DNA of 38,259 nt, taken from contig JAAYIB010000021.1 in the NCBI GenBank assembly GCA_012744295.1, positions 1 to 38,259 of the forward strand. Direction: 5' to 3'. This DNA comes from Acholeplasmataceae bacterium (lineage in GTDB: Bacteria > Bacillota > Negativicutes > Acidaminococcales > Acidaminococcaceae). Shown one piece after another: positions 9,296 to 18,047 of the stretch (position 1 is its first letter; each line of letters begins with the position of its first letter). The notes below the pieces were generated by a model. It did no database searches and had not been told where the DNA came from. It worked only from the letters and a program-made list of their open reading frames with translations. A program made the translations under genes and the position numbers.

Positions 9296-9299
9296 CGAG

Positions 9300-9330
9300 A
9301 AAAAGCCTTGCCTGTGCAAGGCTTTTTGTG
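9300..9330 (+). terminator. Rho-independent terminator after nth
   Basis: AAAAAGCCTTGC-ctgt-GCAAGGCTTTTT. Confidence 0.7.
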
Positions 9331-9344
9331 TCGGTTGGACTAAG

Positions 9345-9374
9345 ACATATTTGTGTGATACAATTGTAACACTA
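9345..9374 (+). promoter_or_regulatory. Putative sigma-A promoter of the ABC-F gene
   Basis: TTGGAC, 18-nt spacer, extended -10 TGaTACAAT. Confidence 0.5.
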
Positions 9375-9404
9375 TAAACAGTTAAAAGGAGCGAGCAGCA
9401 GCTA

Positions 9405-11021
9405 ATGATTATAACGCAAGGACTAACGCTCAGGTTTGGCAAGCGTGTCTTATTTGAAGATGTAAATCTGAAGTTCACGGAAGGAAACTGTTATGGCTTA
9501 ATCGGCGCCAATGGTGCGGGCAAGTCAACCTTCCTGAAGATATTGGCCGGAGAGCTTGAAGCAAGTTCCGGCGACGTGATTATAGACAAGGGACAGAGAC
9601 TTGCCGTTTTGAAGCAGGACCAGTATGCCTTTGACGATCAGCAGGTTTTGAAAACAGTAATTATGGGTCATAAAAGACTTTATGACATCATGGTGGAAAA
9701 GGAAGCTCTTTATGCCAAGGAAGATTTTTCTGATGAAGACGGCATGAAGGCATCAGAGCTTGAAGGAGAGTTTGTCGAACTTAACGGTTGGGAAGCTGAA
9801 ACTGAGGCTGCTCGTCTTTTGGCCGGACTTGGCATACCTGTAGAGCTGCATGAGAAAATGATGGCCGAACTCAGTGGCAAGGAAAAAGTCAGGGTGCTGC
9901 TGGCACAGGCACTATTCGGTACTCCCGACGTCCTGCTTTTGGACGAGCCTACCAATAACCTTGATTACAATTCGATTGCCTGGCTTGAGGATTTTCTGGC
10001 TTCTTTTCCGAACATCGTGCTTGTCGTTTCGCATGACCGCCATTTTCTTAATCAGGTTTGTACGCACATCGCGGATTTTGATTTCAGCAGCGTGCAGATT
10101 TATGTAGGCAACTATGACTTCTGGCAGGAGTCTAGCCAAATGGCTTTGCAAATGGCTAAGGACGCCAACAAAAAGAAAGAGGATAAAATCAAGGAACTGC
10201 AGACCTTCATCCAGCGCTTCAGCGCCAACGCCTCCAAGTCCAAACAGGCAACTTCGCGCAAAAGACTTTTGGAAAAAATCGAGCTTGACGATATAAAGCC
10301 TTCAACCCGAAGGTATCCTTACATTAACTTTAAGCCGGATAGGGAAGCAGGCGATGAAATCCTGTCCGTCTCCAACATCTCGAAATCAATTGACGGTGAA
10401 GTGCTATTCCGTGACATTTCGTTCACTCTTGACAAGGGGGACAAGGTTGCTTTGGTTGGAGGCAACGGACAGATCCAGACAGCTCTCATGCAAATTCTGC
10501 TTGGCGAGACCGAGAGCGATTCGGGCGAGTTTAAGTGGGGCATCACTACCAGTCGTGCCTATTTCCCCAAGGACAACAGCAAGTACTTCGTGTCCGGGGA
10601 CAATCTCGTTGACTGGCTGAGACAGTATTCTGCCAACCAGGAAGAAACCTTCCTCAGAGGTTTTCTGGGCAGAATGCTTTTTTCCGGGGAGGAGACGCAG
10701 AAGGCTGCCAATGTTCTTTCCGGCGGTGAAAAGGTGCGCTGCATGTTCGCTAAAATGATGCTTTCGGGTGCCAACGTCTTGTTGTTGGACGAACCGACAA
10801 ACCATCTCGACCTGGAATCGATAACCTCATTGAACAACGGACTCAAGGATTACAGCGGTACGTTGCTTTTACGCTCTAACGATCATCAGCTTTTGTCAAC
10901 AGTTTGCAACCGCGTTATTGAAATAACGCCAAACGGGCTGATTGACCGTAAGTACAATTATGATGAATATCTGGAAAATGCCGAGATTGCCGAGCTGCGA
11001 AAAGCGATTGGGGCTATCTGA
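9405..11021 (+). CDS. ABC-F family ATPase (YbiT-like, no transmembrane domain)
   Basis: There are two ABC cassettes: NBD1 with Walker A GANGAGKST, Walker B LLLDEPTNNLD and H-loop SHDRHFL. They are joined by the basic linker KKKEDKIKELQTFIQRFSANASKSKQATSRKR that is typical of ABC-F. No membrane segments are present. Confidence 0.9.
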   Translation: MIITQGLTLRFGKRVLFEDVNLKFTEGNCYGLIGANGAGKSTFLKILAGELEASSGDVIIDKGQRLAVLKQDQYAFDDQQVLKTVIMGHKRLYDIMVEKEALYAKEDFSDEDGMKASELEGEFVELNGWEAETEAARLLAGLGIPVELHEKMMAELSGKEKVRVLLAQALFGTPDVLLLDEPTNNLDYNSIAWLEDFLASFPNIVLVVSHDRHFLNQVCTHIADFDFSSVQIYVGNYDFWQESSQMALQMAKDANKKKEDKIKELQTFIQRFSANASKSKQATSRKRLLEKIELDDIKPSTRRYPYINFKPDREAGDEILSVSNISKSIDGEVLFRDISFTLDKGDKVALVGGNGQIQTALMQILLGETESDSGEFKWGITTSRAYFPKDNSKYFVSGDNLVDWLRQYSANQEETFLRGFLGRMLFSGEETQKAANVLSGGEKVRCMFAKMMLSGANVLLLDEPTNHLDLESITSLNNGLKDYSGTLLLRSNDHQLLSTVCNRVIEITPNGLIDRKYNYDEYLENAEIAELRKAIGAI

Positions 11022-11045
11022 AATCAGAAATGAAAATTTCGTAAT

Positions 11046-11082
11046 GACTGCCCGCCCATAAGGCGGGCAGTCTTGCGCTTTT
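11046..11082 (+). terminator. Probable terminator after the ABC-F gene
   Basis: GACTGCCCGCC-cataa-GGCGGGCAGTC is an 11-bp GC-rich stem. The T-tract is interrupted (TTGCGCTTTT). Confidence 0.55.
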
Positions 11083-11106
11083 GCGGACGTGGGCAGAGGT
11101 TCATGT

Positions 11107-11135
11107 TTGAACAGGCACGAGGAGCGTGCTATAAT
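11107..11135 (+). promoter_or_regulatory. Near-consensus sigma-A promoter of the 509-aa/zinc-ribbon operon
   Basis: TTGAAC, 17-nt spacer, TGcTATAAT. Confidence 0.6.
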
Positions 11136-11163
11136 ATTATTACTTTGAAATGACAGCGAGGCA

Positions 11164-12693
11164 ATGATGCAAAACGTTTATGACATAATTGCGGAATTTT
11201 ACGAACATGATGAAAACTGGAATATGCTGCTGCGCAGAGAGTACGCGGAGGGTTTTGTTCGCAAGGAAGCCTGGAAGGGTGCGGAGGACGCCATGCTGCA
11301 AAGCCGTTGGCAGCAGCTGATGATGCTTTGCCTCTACCTTGGCTACGCTGAAACCTTTCTCGGCGACATGACCGAGTATGATTTCATTGACGCGGTTGCC
11401 TGGTGCAGCCGCAATGTCTCCGACTTCAAGCTTGAGCGTGAAAGCGTAAGCTTTTTTCTCGATACCTGTGCGTCTCTTTTCGTGTATTTAAAGGCTAAAA
11501 AAGGCATAACCAGTGCTTCGGCGCCGAGACTGGCTGCCGAAAAGCTGCTGGGTGCCGAGGATTTTCTGCGTCTTCTTAACGAAAAGGATGAATTATGGCC
11601 GCAAAAGGCTAATTTGAAGCGTCTTGCGACGCCCAACGCACCGGTTAAGATTTTCCTTAACATCGGCAACATCCTGCAAAGTTTGCTGGACGAACTTCAT
11701 CAATACTACCAGAAAAAAGAGTTCAACCCGGACCTTGACCGCGCGCTGTATCTTTATCAAGGGATTTTCCCCGAGGGTGAAACCGAGGAGGAACCAGAAA
11801 CAGACGAATTCTGGCAGTGCTTCTGGGACTATTTCTTGCTTGACTATCATTTGCTGAGGTACGATGATACGCCGTTGGCACATTTTGCGAAACATGGTGC
11901 CTCAAAACATCCTGAACTGATTGAGGAATTGCTGAAAGCCAAGTTAGCTGTCTTTTCGGTTGACGGCTTGACGGAAGACAACTATTTTATTTGTACGGAT
12001 TTTCTGACCGGAGAGCAGTATGTTTTAAATCTGCCGATAGAAGAAGCGCTTGATACAAAGGATATGCTGTTTGTAGGGCATTGTTTTTACGGCAACACCA
12101 TGGTGATGAATTATATCAGAGGCCTGAAAATCGGCAAGCTTGCCCGCAAGCGCTTGCGCGACATTTTTGCCTGTTGCCACGACTGGTTCAGAATCCAGGA
12201 GCCGGGAGCCGACAAAAAAGCGTTTATTGCGCGTCATCCGATGCTCATTCGTCATCTGGTCTTTGTCTATTCAACCTATGTCAAGCCCCAGGGCTTTGGT
12301 CGACAGACCGCTGTTAAGGACTATGAGCCTAGTTCGGGCAAGATTGCGGACGAAGTTGCTTCGCAGATACAAAAGAGAATGAGGGAAGGCAATTTCTCGC
12401 AGCATGATATCCTGCTTGCAATAAGGCTGTGGCAGGATTTTTGCAGGAAGGGCCGCCTTGAAGCCGTTGATTCTGTCCTGCTATGGGCAGAGGCCGTAAT
12501 AGAGACCTATGTGACGCTTAACGGCACGACTTTTTTGCGCGTGGAAGAAAGCACCTCTTCGCTTAGGAATTCGCCGACTCAGGCCTCCGTTGAGGCAGCC
12601 GCCGGCAAAATCCGGGAAAGCCTGCTAATTGAAAGGAACGATCCCAGGTATTGCAGTGAGGAAGGTTTTTTGATTATGATGTTTTCGTCATAG
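11164..12693 (+). CDS. Hypothetical protein, about 509 aa, soluble, no recognisable domain
   Basis: A long uninterrupted ORF with its own promoter. The GAGG position favours the second ATG (11167) as the start. I could not recognise a P-loop, a metal-binding motif or a catalytic motif. An acidic stretch EGETEEEPETDE is present. Confidence 0.7.
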   Translation: MMQNVYDIIAEFYEHDENWNMLLRREYAEGFVRKEAWKGAEDAMLQSRWQQLMMLCLYLGYAETFLGDMTEYDFIDAVAWCSRNVSDFKLERESVSFFLDTCASLFVYLKAKKGITSASAPRLAAEKLLGAEDFLRLLNEKDELWPQKANLKRLATPNAPVKIFLNIGNILQSLLDELHQYYQKKEFNPDLDRALYLYQGIFPEGETEEEPETDEFWQCFWDYFLLDYHLLRYDDTPLAHFAKHGASKHPELIEELLKAKLAVFSVDGLTEDNYFICTDFLTGEQYVLNLPIEEALDTKDMLFVGHCFYGNTMVMNYIRGLKIGKLARKRLRDIFACCHDWFRIQEPGADKKAFIARHPMLIRHLVFVYSTYVKPQGFGRQTAVKDYEPSSGKIADEVASQIQKRMREGNFSQHDILLAIRLWQDFCRKGRLEAVDSVLLWAEAVIETYVTLNGTTFLRVEESTSSLRNSPTQASVEAAAGKIRESLLIERNDPRYCSEEGFLIMMFSS

Positions 12694-12705
12694 GAGGAAT
12701 AGTTA

Positions 12706-13077
12706 ATGCAATGCAAAAAATGTGGTTATGAATATGTTGAAGCCTTGAAGGAATGCCCCAACTGCCAGGCTCCGAACGAACCAGCGGAAACAAAGATATT
12801 GCTGCCTGATGAAAGAGACACATTCGAGGGCGTAACAATCGATGACGAAACTGTCGAAGGAGGCTCAGGCAGAGCCGACGGTACAGACCGGCAAAGCGAA
12901 ACAGGCGGTCCCCGCATTTTTCAAACGAGCGTAAAAATCGGCGGCGGACTTGGGATTATCTGGCAGCTGCTTTTCCTGGTCGCGGCAGCGGGGGTTGTTT
13001 TTGTGCTGCTGCCGGCTTTTCTGCTGGTGTTCTTAGCGATAGCGGCTGTTTATATGATACTTAGGATGTTCCGTTAA
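12706..13077 (+). CDS. Zinc-ribbon domain protein with a C-terminal hydrophobic membrane anchor
   Basis: AGGAGG lies 8 nt upstream. The N-terminus is C-x2-C-x10-C-x2-C (MQCKKCGYEYVEALKECPNC). An acidic linker follows, then a hydrophobic stretch of about 40 residues (IIWQLLFLVAAAGVVFVLLPAFLLVFLAIAAVYMIL). Confidence 0.7.
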   Translation: MQCKKCGYEYVEALKECPNCQAPNEPAETKILLPDERDTFEGVTIDDETVEGGSGRADGTDRQSETGGPRIFQTSVKIGGGLGIIWQLLFLVAAAGVVFVLLPAFLLVFLAIAAVYMILRMFR

Positions 13078-13092
13078 TATAAGGGTAACAAG

Positions 13093-13133
13093 AAACGCTT
13101 CGTCTTCATATTATGAAGACGAAGCGTTTTTCC
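13093..13133. terminator. Strong bidirectional terminator between the zinc-ribbon gene and ilvD
   Basis: AAACGCTTCGTCTTCAT-att-ATGAAGACGAAGCGTTT is a perfect 17-bp stem with T-runs on both strands. Confidence 0.88.
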
Positions 13134-13150
13134 AATTCCGATTTAAATTA

Positions 13151-14827
13151 TTATTTGGGAACTTCGAGAATGGCGCCTTTGGCTGCTGAAGATACAAGCG
13201 CGGCGTAGCGTGCAAGGTAACCGGTTTTAACCTTTGGCTCGGGACGGACCCAGGCTTTGGCGCGTTCCGCCAGTTCTTCGTCGGAGAGTTCAACATTCAG
13301 CTTGCGTCCGGGAATGTCAATGCTGATAATGTCGCCGTTACGAACAAGACCGATGCTGCCTCCTTCGAAAGCCTCAGGGGAAATGTGGCCGATGCAGGCG
13401 CCGCGTGTAGCGCCGGAGAAGCGCCCGTGCGTAAGGAGAGCAACATCCTTGTCAAGGCCCATACCGGCCAGCACCGAGGTAGGATTAAGCATTTCCCTCA
13501 TTCCGGGGCCGCCCTTGGGGCCTTCGTAACGGATAACGATGACGTCGCCCTTTTGAATTCTCTTTTGCACGATAGCCTCAATCGCTTCCTCCTCGGAGTT
13601 GAAGACCTGGGCAGGACCCGTGTGTACAAGCATTTCGGGCGCGACCGCGCTTTCCTTGACAACGCTGCATTCTTTGGCAATGTTGCCTGTCAGAATTGCG
13701 ATGCCGCCGGTTTTGCTGTAAGGATTTTCGACAGAATGAAGCACGTCCGGACGTTGGTTCTTTGTACCGAGGAAGTTCTCGCCGATTGTTCTTCCCGTCA
13801 CTGTCAGGACTTCCCTGTCCAAAAGGTTCAGCTTGTCAAGCTCCGCCATAACCGCATTGATGCCGCCGGCTTCGTAGAGATCGATTATGTGATGTGAGCC
13901 GCCGGGACTCAGTTTAGTCAGGTAAGGGGTTTTTTTGCTGATTTCATCAAAGAGCGGCAACGGCAGCGGGACATTCGCTTCGTGCGCAATTGCGGGAAGA
14001 TGGAGCGCTGTGTTGGACGAGCCGCCGATGGCCATGTCGACCGTAATAGCGTTCTTAAAAGCCGCAGGCGTCATGATGTCAAGCGGACAGATATTTTTTT
14101 CCACTAAAGACATAATTCTTTTGCCGGCAGTTTTTGCCAAATTTATCCTTGCGCCGTAATAGGCGGCGGGAATGGTGCCGTTGCCGGGGAGACCCATGCC
14201 GAGAACTTCGGTGAGGCAATTCATGGTGTTGGCGGTAAAGAGGCCTGCACAGGAACCGCAGCCGGGACAGGCATGGGTTTCCACGTCGGCCAGTTCCTCA
14301 GCCGAAATCTTTCCGGCCTCGAAACGTCCTGCAGCTTCGAAGGCGGTGCTGACGCTGATATCAACGCCGTTGCGCCTGCCTGGCAGCATCGGGCCGCCGC
14401 TGACGACGATGGCCGGAATATTCAGCCTGGCTGCGGCCATAAGCATGCCGGGAACGATTTTGTCGCAGTTGGGTATCAGGACCAGGCCGTCAAAGGCATG
14501 CCCGACGGCCATGGCTTCGATGCTGTCGGCAATCAGTTCTCTGCTGACCAAAGGATACTTCATGCCTTTGTGTCCCATCGCAATGCCGTCGCAGATGCCG
14601 ATGGCAGGGAATTCGATTGGTGTTCCTCCGTTTTCCAGAATACCGTATTTAACCGCCTGGGCAATCTGGTCAAGATGGATGTGCCCGGGAATAATTTCGT
14701 TTTGTGCGTTAACGACACCGATCAAAGGGCGCTTGATTTCGTCTTCAGTGTAACCCATGGCATAGAATAAAGAACGATGGGCGGCACGTGTTGAGCCATA
14801 TTTTACCTCGTCACTGATTCTTTTCAT
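13151..14827 (-). CDS. ilvD: Dihydroxy-acid dehydratase
   Basis: 558 aa. AGGAGG lies 7 nt upstream. Characteristic IlvD/Edd motifs are present ([22 protein letters not shown]-like [29 protein letters not shown]). Confidence 0.95.
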   Translation of the reverse strand: MKRISDEVKYGSTRAAHRSLFYAMGYTEDEIKRPLIGVVNAQNEIIPGHIHLDQIAQAVKYGILENGGTPIEFPAIGICDGIAMGHKGMKYPLVSRELIADSIEAMAVGHAFDGLVLIPNCDKIVPGMLMAAARLNIPAIVVSGGPMLPGRRNGVDISVSTAFEAAGRFEAGKISAEELADVETHACPGCGSCAGLFTANTMNCLTEVLGMGLPGNGTIPAAYYGARINLAKTAGKRIMSLVEKNICPLDIMTPAAFKNAITVDMAIGGSSNTALHLPAIAHEANVPLPLPLFDEISKKTPYLTKLSPGGSHHIIDLYEAGGINAVMAELDKLNLLDREVLTVTGRTIGENFLGTKNQRPDVLHSVENPYSKTGGIAILTGNIAKECSVVKESAVAPEMLVHTGPAQVFNSEEEAIEAIVQKRIQKGDVIVIRYEGPKGGPGMREMLNPTSVLAGMGLDKDVALLTHGRFSGATRGACIGHISPEAFEGGSIGLVRNGDIISIDIPGRKLNVELSDEELAERAKAWVRPEPKVKTGYLARYAALVSSAAKGAILEVPK

Positions 14828-14870
14828 TATAAAGCCTCCTGAGTGTTAAATTATTGAACATCTTGTTGAA

Positions 14871-14899
14871 ATTCTAATGTATTTGCGTTTTTATGTCAA
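14871..14899 (-). promoter_or_regulatory. Putative sigma-A promoter of ilvD
   Basis: On the minus strand: TTGACA, 17-nt spacer, TAGAAT. Confidence 0.55.
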
Positions 14900-14950
14900 T
14901 GTTACCAAAAGTTAAAGAAGGTAAAAATTTACGATGAAACTAACAACTGA

Positions 14951-14979
14951 TTGGAATATCAGTCCGGTAATGTTATAAT
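14951..14979 (+). promoter_or_regulatory. Putative sigma-A promoter of fabK
   Basis: TTGGAA, 17-nt spacer, TGtTATAAT. Confidence 0.55.
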
Positions 14980-15020
14980 TTAAAGATGAAAGAGATGAAA
15001 TTCAAGCGGGAGGTTTGCAG

Positions 15021-15965
15021 ATGAAAACAAGATTAACTTCTTTACTCGGAATAAAATATCCAATAATCCAGGGCGGCATGGCCTGGACTTCAGATGCCAA
15101 TTTGGCGGCGGCCGTTTCCAACGGAGGCGGGGCCGGCATAATTTCAGCAGGTGGGCGTACCAGCGAGTGGGTGCGCGCGGAAATAAAAAAAGCCAAGAGC
15201 CTTACCGATAAGCCCTTCGGTGTAAATGTGATGTTGATGGCTCCGAATGCTTCTGAAATAGTTGATATTGCCTGCGAAGAAAAAGTTCAGTTCGTGACAT
15301 TGGGCGCCGGCAATCCCGTGCCTCATATCCCTAAACTGAAGGCTGCAGGAGTCAAGGTTATACCGGTTGTTCCAAACGTCAAGCTTGCAGACCGGATTGA
15401 GAAGTCAGGCGCGGATGCAATGATTATGGAAGGACTGGAAGCGGGCGGACACATCGGCACCCAGACCACTATGGCGTTGATGAGCAATGTTCTGGCAAAA
15501 CATCACGAAATCCCGGTCGTTGTTGCCGGCGGCATTTCCGACGGCAGGGCAATGGCTGCCGCTCTCCTTATGGGAGCCGACGGCGTGCAGATTGGTTCGC
15601 GCTTCATCCTGACAACGGAGTGTCCCACGCATCCTGCGGCAAAGGAGGCAATTATTAATGCAACCGACACCGACTCCGCAGTCACAGGCTTTTCCAGAGG
15701 CCATGCGGTACGCTGCCTCAAGAATGATTTTACGGAAGAATTCCTTGCCTTGGAACGTTCCGGGGCTCCACAGGAGGAACTTGACAAGCTGGCAACCGGC
15801 ACTAACCGGATGGGGGCTGTTGAAGGCGACACGAAACGCGGTGCGGTTCTTGCCGGACAAAGCCTTAATGTCTTGAACGACATCCTTCCCTGCAAGGACG
15901 TCATAGAAAGACTGATTGTCCAGGCTAAGGATGCCCTTGCAAGAGCAAGCTCAATCGAGCTGTAA
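15021..15965 (+). CDS. fabK: Enoyl-[acyl-carrier-protein] reductase II, FMN-dependent (FabK / nitronate monooxygenase family)
   Basis: GGGAGG lies 7 nt before ATG 15021. MKTRLTSLLGIKYPIIQGGMAW...KPFGVNVML...EAGGHIG...AGGI.DG closely tracks the FabK sequence as I remember it. Confidence 0.8.
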   Translation: MKTRLTSLLGIKYPIIQGGMAWTSDANLAAAVSNGGGAGIISAGGRTSEWVRAEIKKAKSLTDKPFGVNVMLMAPNASEIVDIACEEKVQFVTLGAGNPVPHIPKLKAAGVKVIPVVPNVKLADRIEKSGADAMIMEGLEAGGHIGTQTTMALMSNVLAKHHEIPVVVAGGISDGRAMAAALLMGADGVQIGSRFILTTECPTHPAAKEAIINATDTDSAVTGFSRGHAVRCLKNDFTEEFLALERSGAPQEELDKLATGTNRMGAVEGDTKRGAVLAGQSLNVLNDILPCKDVIERLIVQAKDALARASSIEL

Positions 15966-16095
15966 GAAAAGAAAAAATGAGGCCGTGGCTCTCGTCGAAG
16001 GTGCTGTTGGTGTCAGCGTTATGCATGACGCCGAAAGTATAACCCTATCGTGAAAGCGCACGGCTTTATTTTTACAGAATTTCAATTGCTTGACC

Positions 16096-17850
16096 TTAAC
16101 GCTGATTTAACAATACTGCTGCTTCGTCCTTGTCCGGTGTCACATACAGCGTCTTCTGGTTTGTGTAGATGACAAAGCCCGGTTTGGCGCCGGAAGGCTT
16201 GCGTACGAAACGCCTCGAAGTGAAGTCTACGGGTACGTTTGAAGAATCACGCGCTTTGCTGAAAAAAGCGGCAAGCCTCGCAGCCACCAGCATTTCGTCG
16301 GTTAAAGGCTCTCGTAAAGCAGTTTTTAATATAACATGGGAGCCGGGAATGTTTTTCGCATGAAACCACGTGTCCTGAGGTTTGCCGAGGACGAAAGTAA
16401 CCCTGTCGTTCTGTACGTTGTTCTTGCCGATGAGCATGACTGTGCCGGAAGCAAGGGTCAGTTCGAGGGGCTGGGATTTTTCAAGGGTATGGGAACGGCG
16501 GCCTTTCTTGCTTTCGGGAAGCAATCCTGCTTCAACCAATTCCTGCTTGATTTCGGCAAGCTCGGACTTTTTGTCCGCTGTTTGCAAGGAAGCTTCAAGC
16601 GATTTCTGATATGTCAGAGCGTCTTCCGTTTCCGCCAGCTGCTTCTTGATTTCGTTAACCGCTCTTTTGAATTTGTTATAGCGTCTGTAATAAAGCTGGG
16701 CATTCTCGACCGGCGTATGCAGCTCTGAGAGCTCGATTGAAAGCTCTTCGTCCGTGTAAATATTTGCCAGTATGCAGCTTGAGAGGCCTTTTTCCAGTTT
16801 GTAGATGTTGGCCATCAAAGTGTCGGCTTTTACCTTATAGCTTTCGGCATCTTCGGCCTCGATAAGGTCCCGGGCAAGAGCGGCGGCCTTTTTCTCAGTG
16901 CGTGCGAGCATAGCGGAAATGGTTTTTTGCAGAAGCTCGCGTTCTGAAGTTTGCAGCGGTACAAGCGTTGCCGCCGCTATTAAGGCATCGTTCAGCGATG
17001 GGAAACAGATGCAGCTCAGGCGGTCCGAAGGTTCAAGCAGCGGCCGGCTCAAGGAGGCTGTGTTCATACGGTTTTGCTTCGTAACTATGCCATAGACCGG
17101 TCGGCTGCCTTCGACATGTTGACGTATCAGCTGCTGCAAGGATGCAATTGCTCCCGCAAGGGCAGTTTTTTCCTCTTCGCTTAAAACCTCTGCAGCAGGA
17201 TTTATGCCGCTTTGACGCAATAGCTGTAAGGCTGTGAACTTACCGATGCCTGTAGTGCAGGCAATAAGACCGTCTAAGCAGTTGGCGGCGACTTGCTCGG
17301 ACAATAGATTTATAATTGTTGCGGGGCAGGCTTCGACAATCGAGAGCCCTGTTTGCGGAGGCGGCGGCAGATACTCCCGGCCCGGCAGAATCAGACGGAA
17401 GGAAGACATGTTCCTGCCGACATGGCGCAACGCGTCAATAATGATATCGTTTTCTGCGAAGATAACGTTTCCGTTCCTCCCTGTCAGTTCGAAAATCAAG
17501 GTTTTCGTTACAATCTGCCTGGCAGCACCCAAAGTGTCAATCTCAATCTTTATGACGCGATCAAGGCCGAGTTGGCTTATTTTCGTTATGCGGCCGTCTT
17601 CGAGCTGCTTTCTGAGCAGCATGCAGAAGGACGGAGGCGAGTCAGGATTCTCCGGCATCACTTCTGGCAGGTAGAGTAAAGGCGAAGGGCCGCCGAAGTC
17701 TGATAACAGAGGGATTGTTTCCCTGCCCTTGCGCACCTGCAGCAACAGGGAGGACCGGGTCGGCATTGCGATCTTCACGATGCGGCCGCCCAGGAGGGCT
17801 TCTTTAATTTTTTGCACGAGCACGCATACGACAATTCCTTCGAGATTCAA
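16096..17850 (-). CDS. rqcH: Ribosome quality-control factor RqcH (NFACT / fibronectin-binding protein A family)
   Basis: TTG start with AAGGTG 7 nt upstream. The protein has an NFACT-N region, a central coiled coil, and the C-terminal NFACT-R motif DTWFHAKNIPGSHVIL. Confidence 0.85.
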   Translation of the reverse strand: MNLEGIVVCVLVQKIKEALLGGRIVKIAMPTRSSLLLQVRKGRETIPLLSDFGGPSPLLYLPEVMPENPDSPPSFCMLLRKQLEDGRITKISQLGLDRVIKIEIDTLGAARQIVTKTLIFELTGRNGNVIFAENDIIIDALRHVGRNMSSFRLILPGREYLPPPPQTGLSIVEACPATIINLLSEQVAANCLDGLIACTTGIGKFTALQLLRQSGINPAAEVLSEEEKTALAGAIASLQQLIRQHVEGSRPVYGIVTKQNRMNTASLSRPLLEPSDRLSCICFPSLNDALIAAATLVPLQTSERELLQKTISAMLARTEKKAAALARDLIEAEDAESYKVKADTLMANIYKLEKGLSSCILANIYTDEELSIELSELHTPVENAQLYYRRYNKFKRAVNEIKKQLAETEDALTYQKSLEASLQTADKKSELAEIKQELVEAGLLPESKKGRRSHTLEKSQPLELTLASGTVMLIGKNNVQNDRVTFVLGKPQDTWFHAKNIPGSHVILKTALREPLTDEMLVAARLAAFFSKARDSSNVPVDFTSRRFVRKPSGAKPGFVIYTNQKTLYVTPDKDEAAVLLNQR

Positions 17851-17898
17851 AACATTTCACCTTCTTTTGTGCAAATCATGCAATTTGTTCAATATTAT

Positions 17899-17927
17899 TT
17901 GCGTCAAAGTAATGGATATTATATAAT
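17899..17927 (+). promoter_or_regulatory. Possible sigma-A promoter for the 18048 gene / yicC block
   Basis: TTGCGT, 17-nt spacer, TATAAT, in an AT-rich divergent intergenic region. Other -10-like boxes are nearby. Confidence 0.35.
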
Positions 17928-18047
17928 TACATGAAAAAGTTTAATAAAACCAATCTCAGTATAATGTTATATTGTTTATTGGTCAAACAAACTTGTGGAA
18001 TCGGGCAAAGCTCGTCTGCAGGTAATGACCGGTAAGGCGGTGCGAAT

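Noticed and set aside
13257-14770. Several long plus-strand ORFs (90-193 aa) inside ilvD.
   Set aside because: They are antisense shadows of a clearly motif-supported ilvD. They are Ala/Pro/Ser/Arg-rich, have no ribosome-binding sites and overlap each other in different frames.
15966-16095. The 130-bp convergent spacer between fabK and rqcH, searched for a terminator or small RNA. It contains the hairpins GCGTTA-tgca-TGACGC and AAAGC-gcacg-GCTTT followed by ATTTTT.
   Set aside because: The stems are only 5-6 bp and weak. They could serve as a leaky terminator but are not strong enough to annotate, and there is no sign of a structured ncRNA family.
17931-18035. A 34-aa ORF (MKKFNKTNLSIMLYC...) in the rqcH/18048 intergenic region, considered as a possible leader peptide or small protein.
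   Set aside because: It has no Shine-Dalgarno sequence and sits in an AT-rich promoter region where ATG-to-stop runs arise by chance. I have no supporting structure or conservation evidence.
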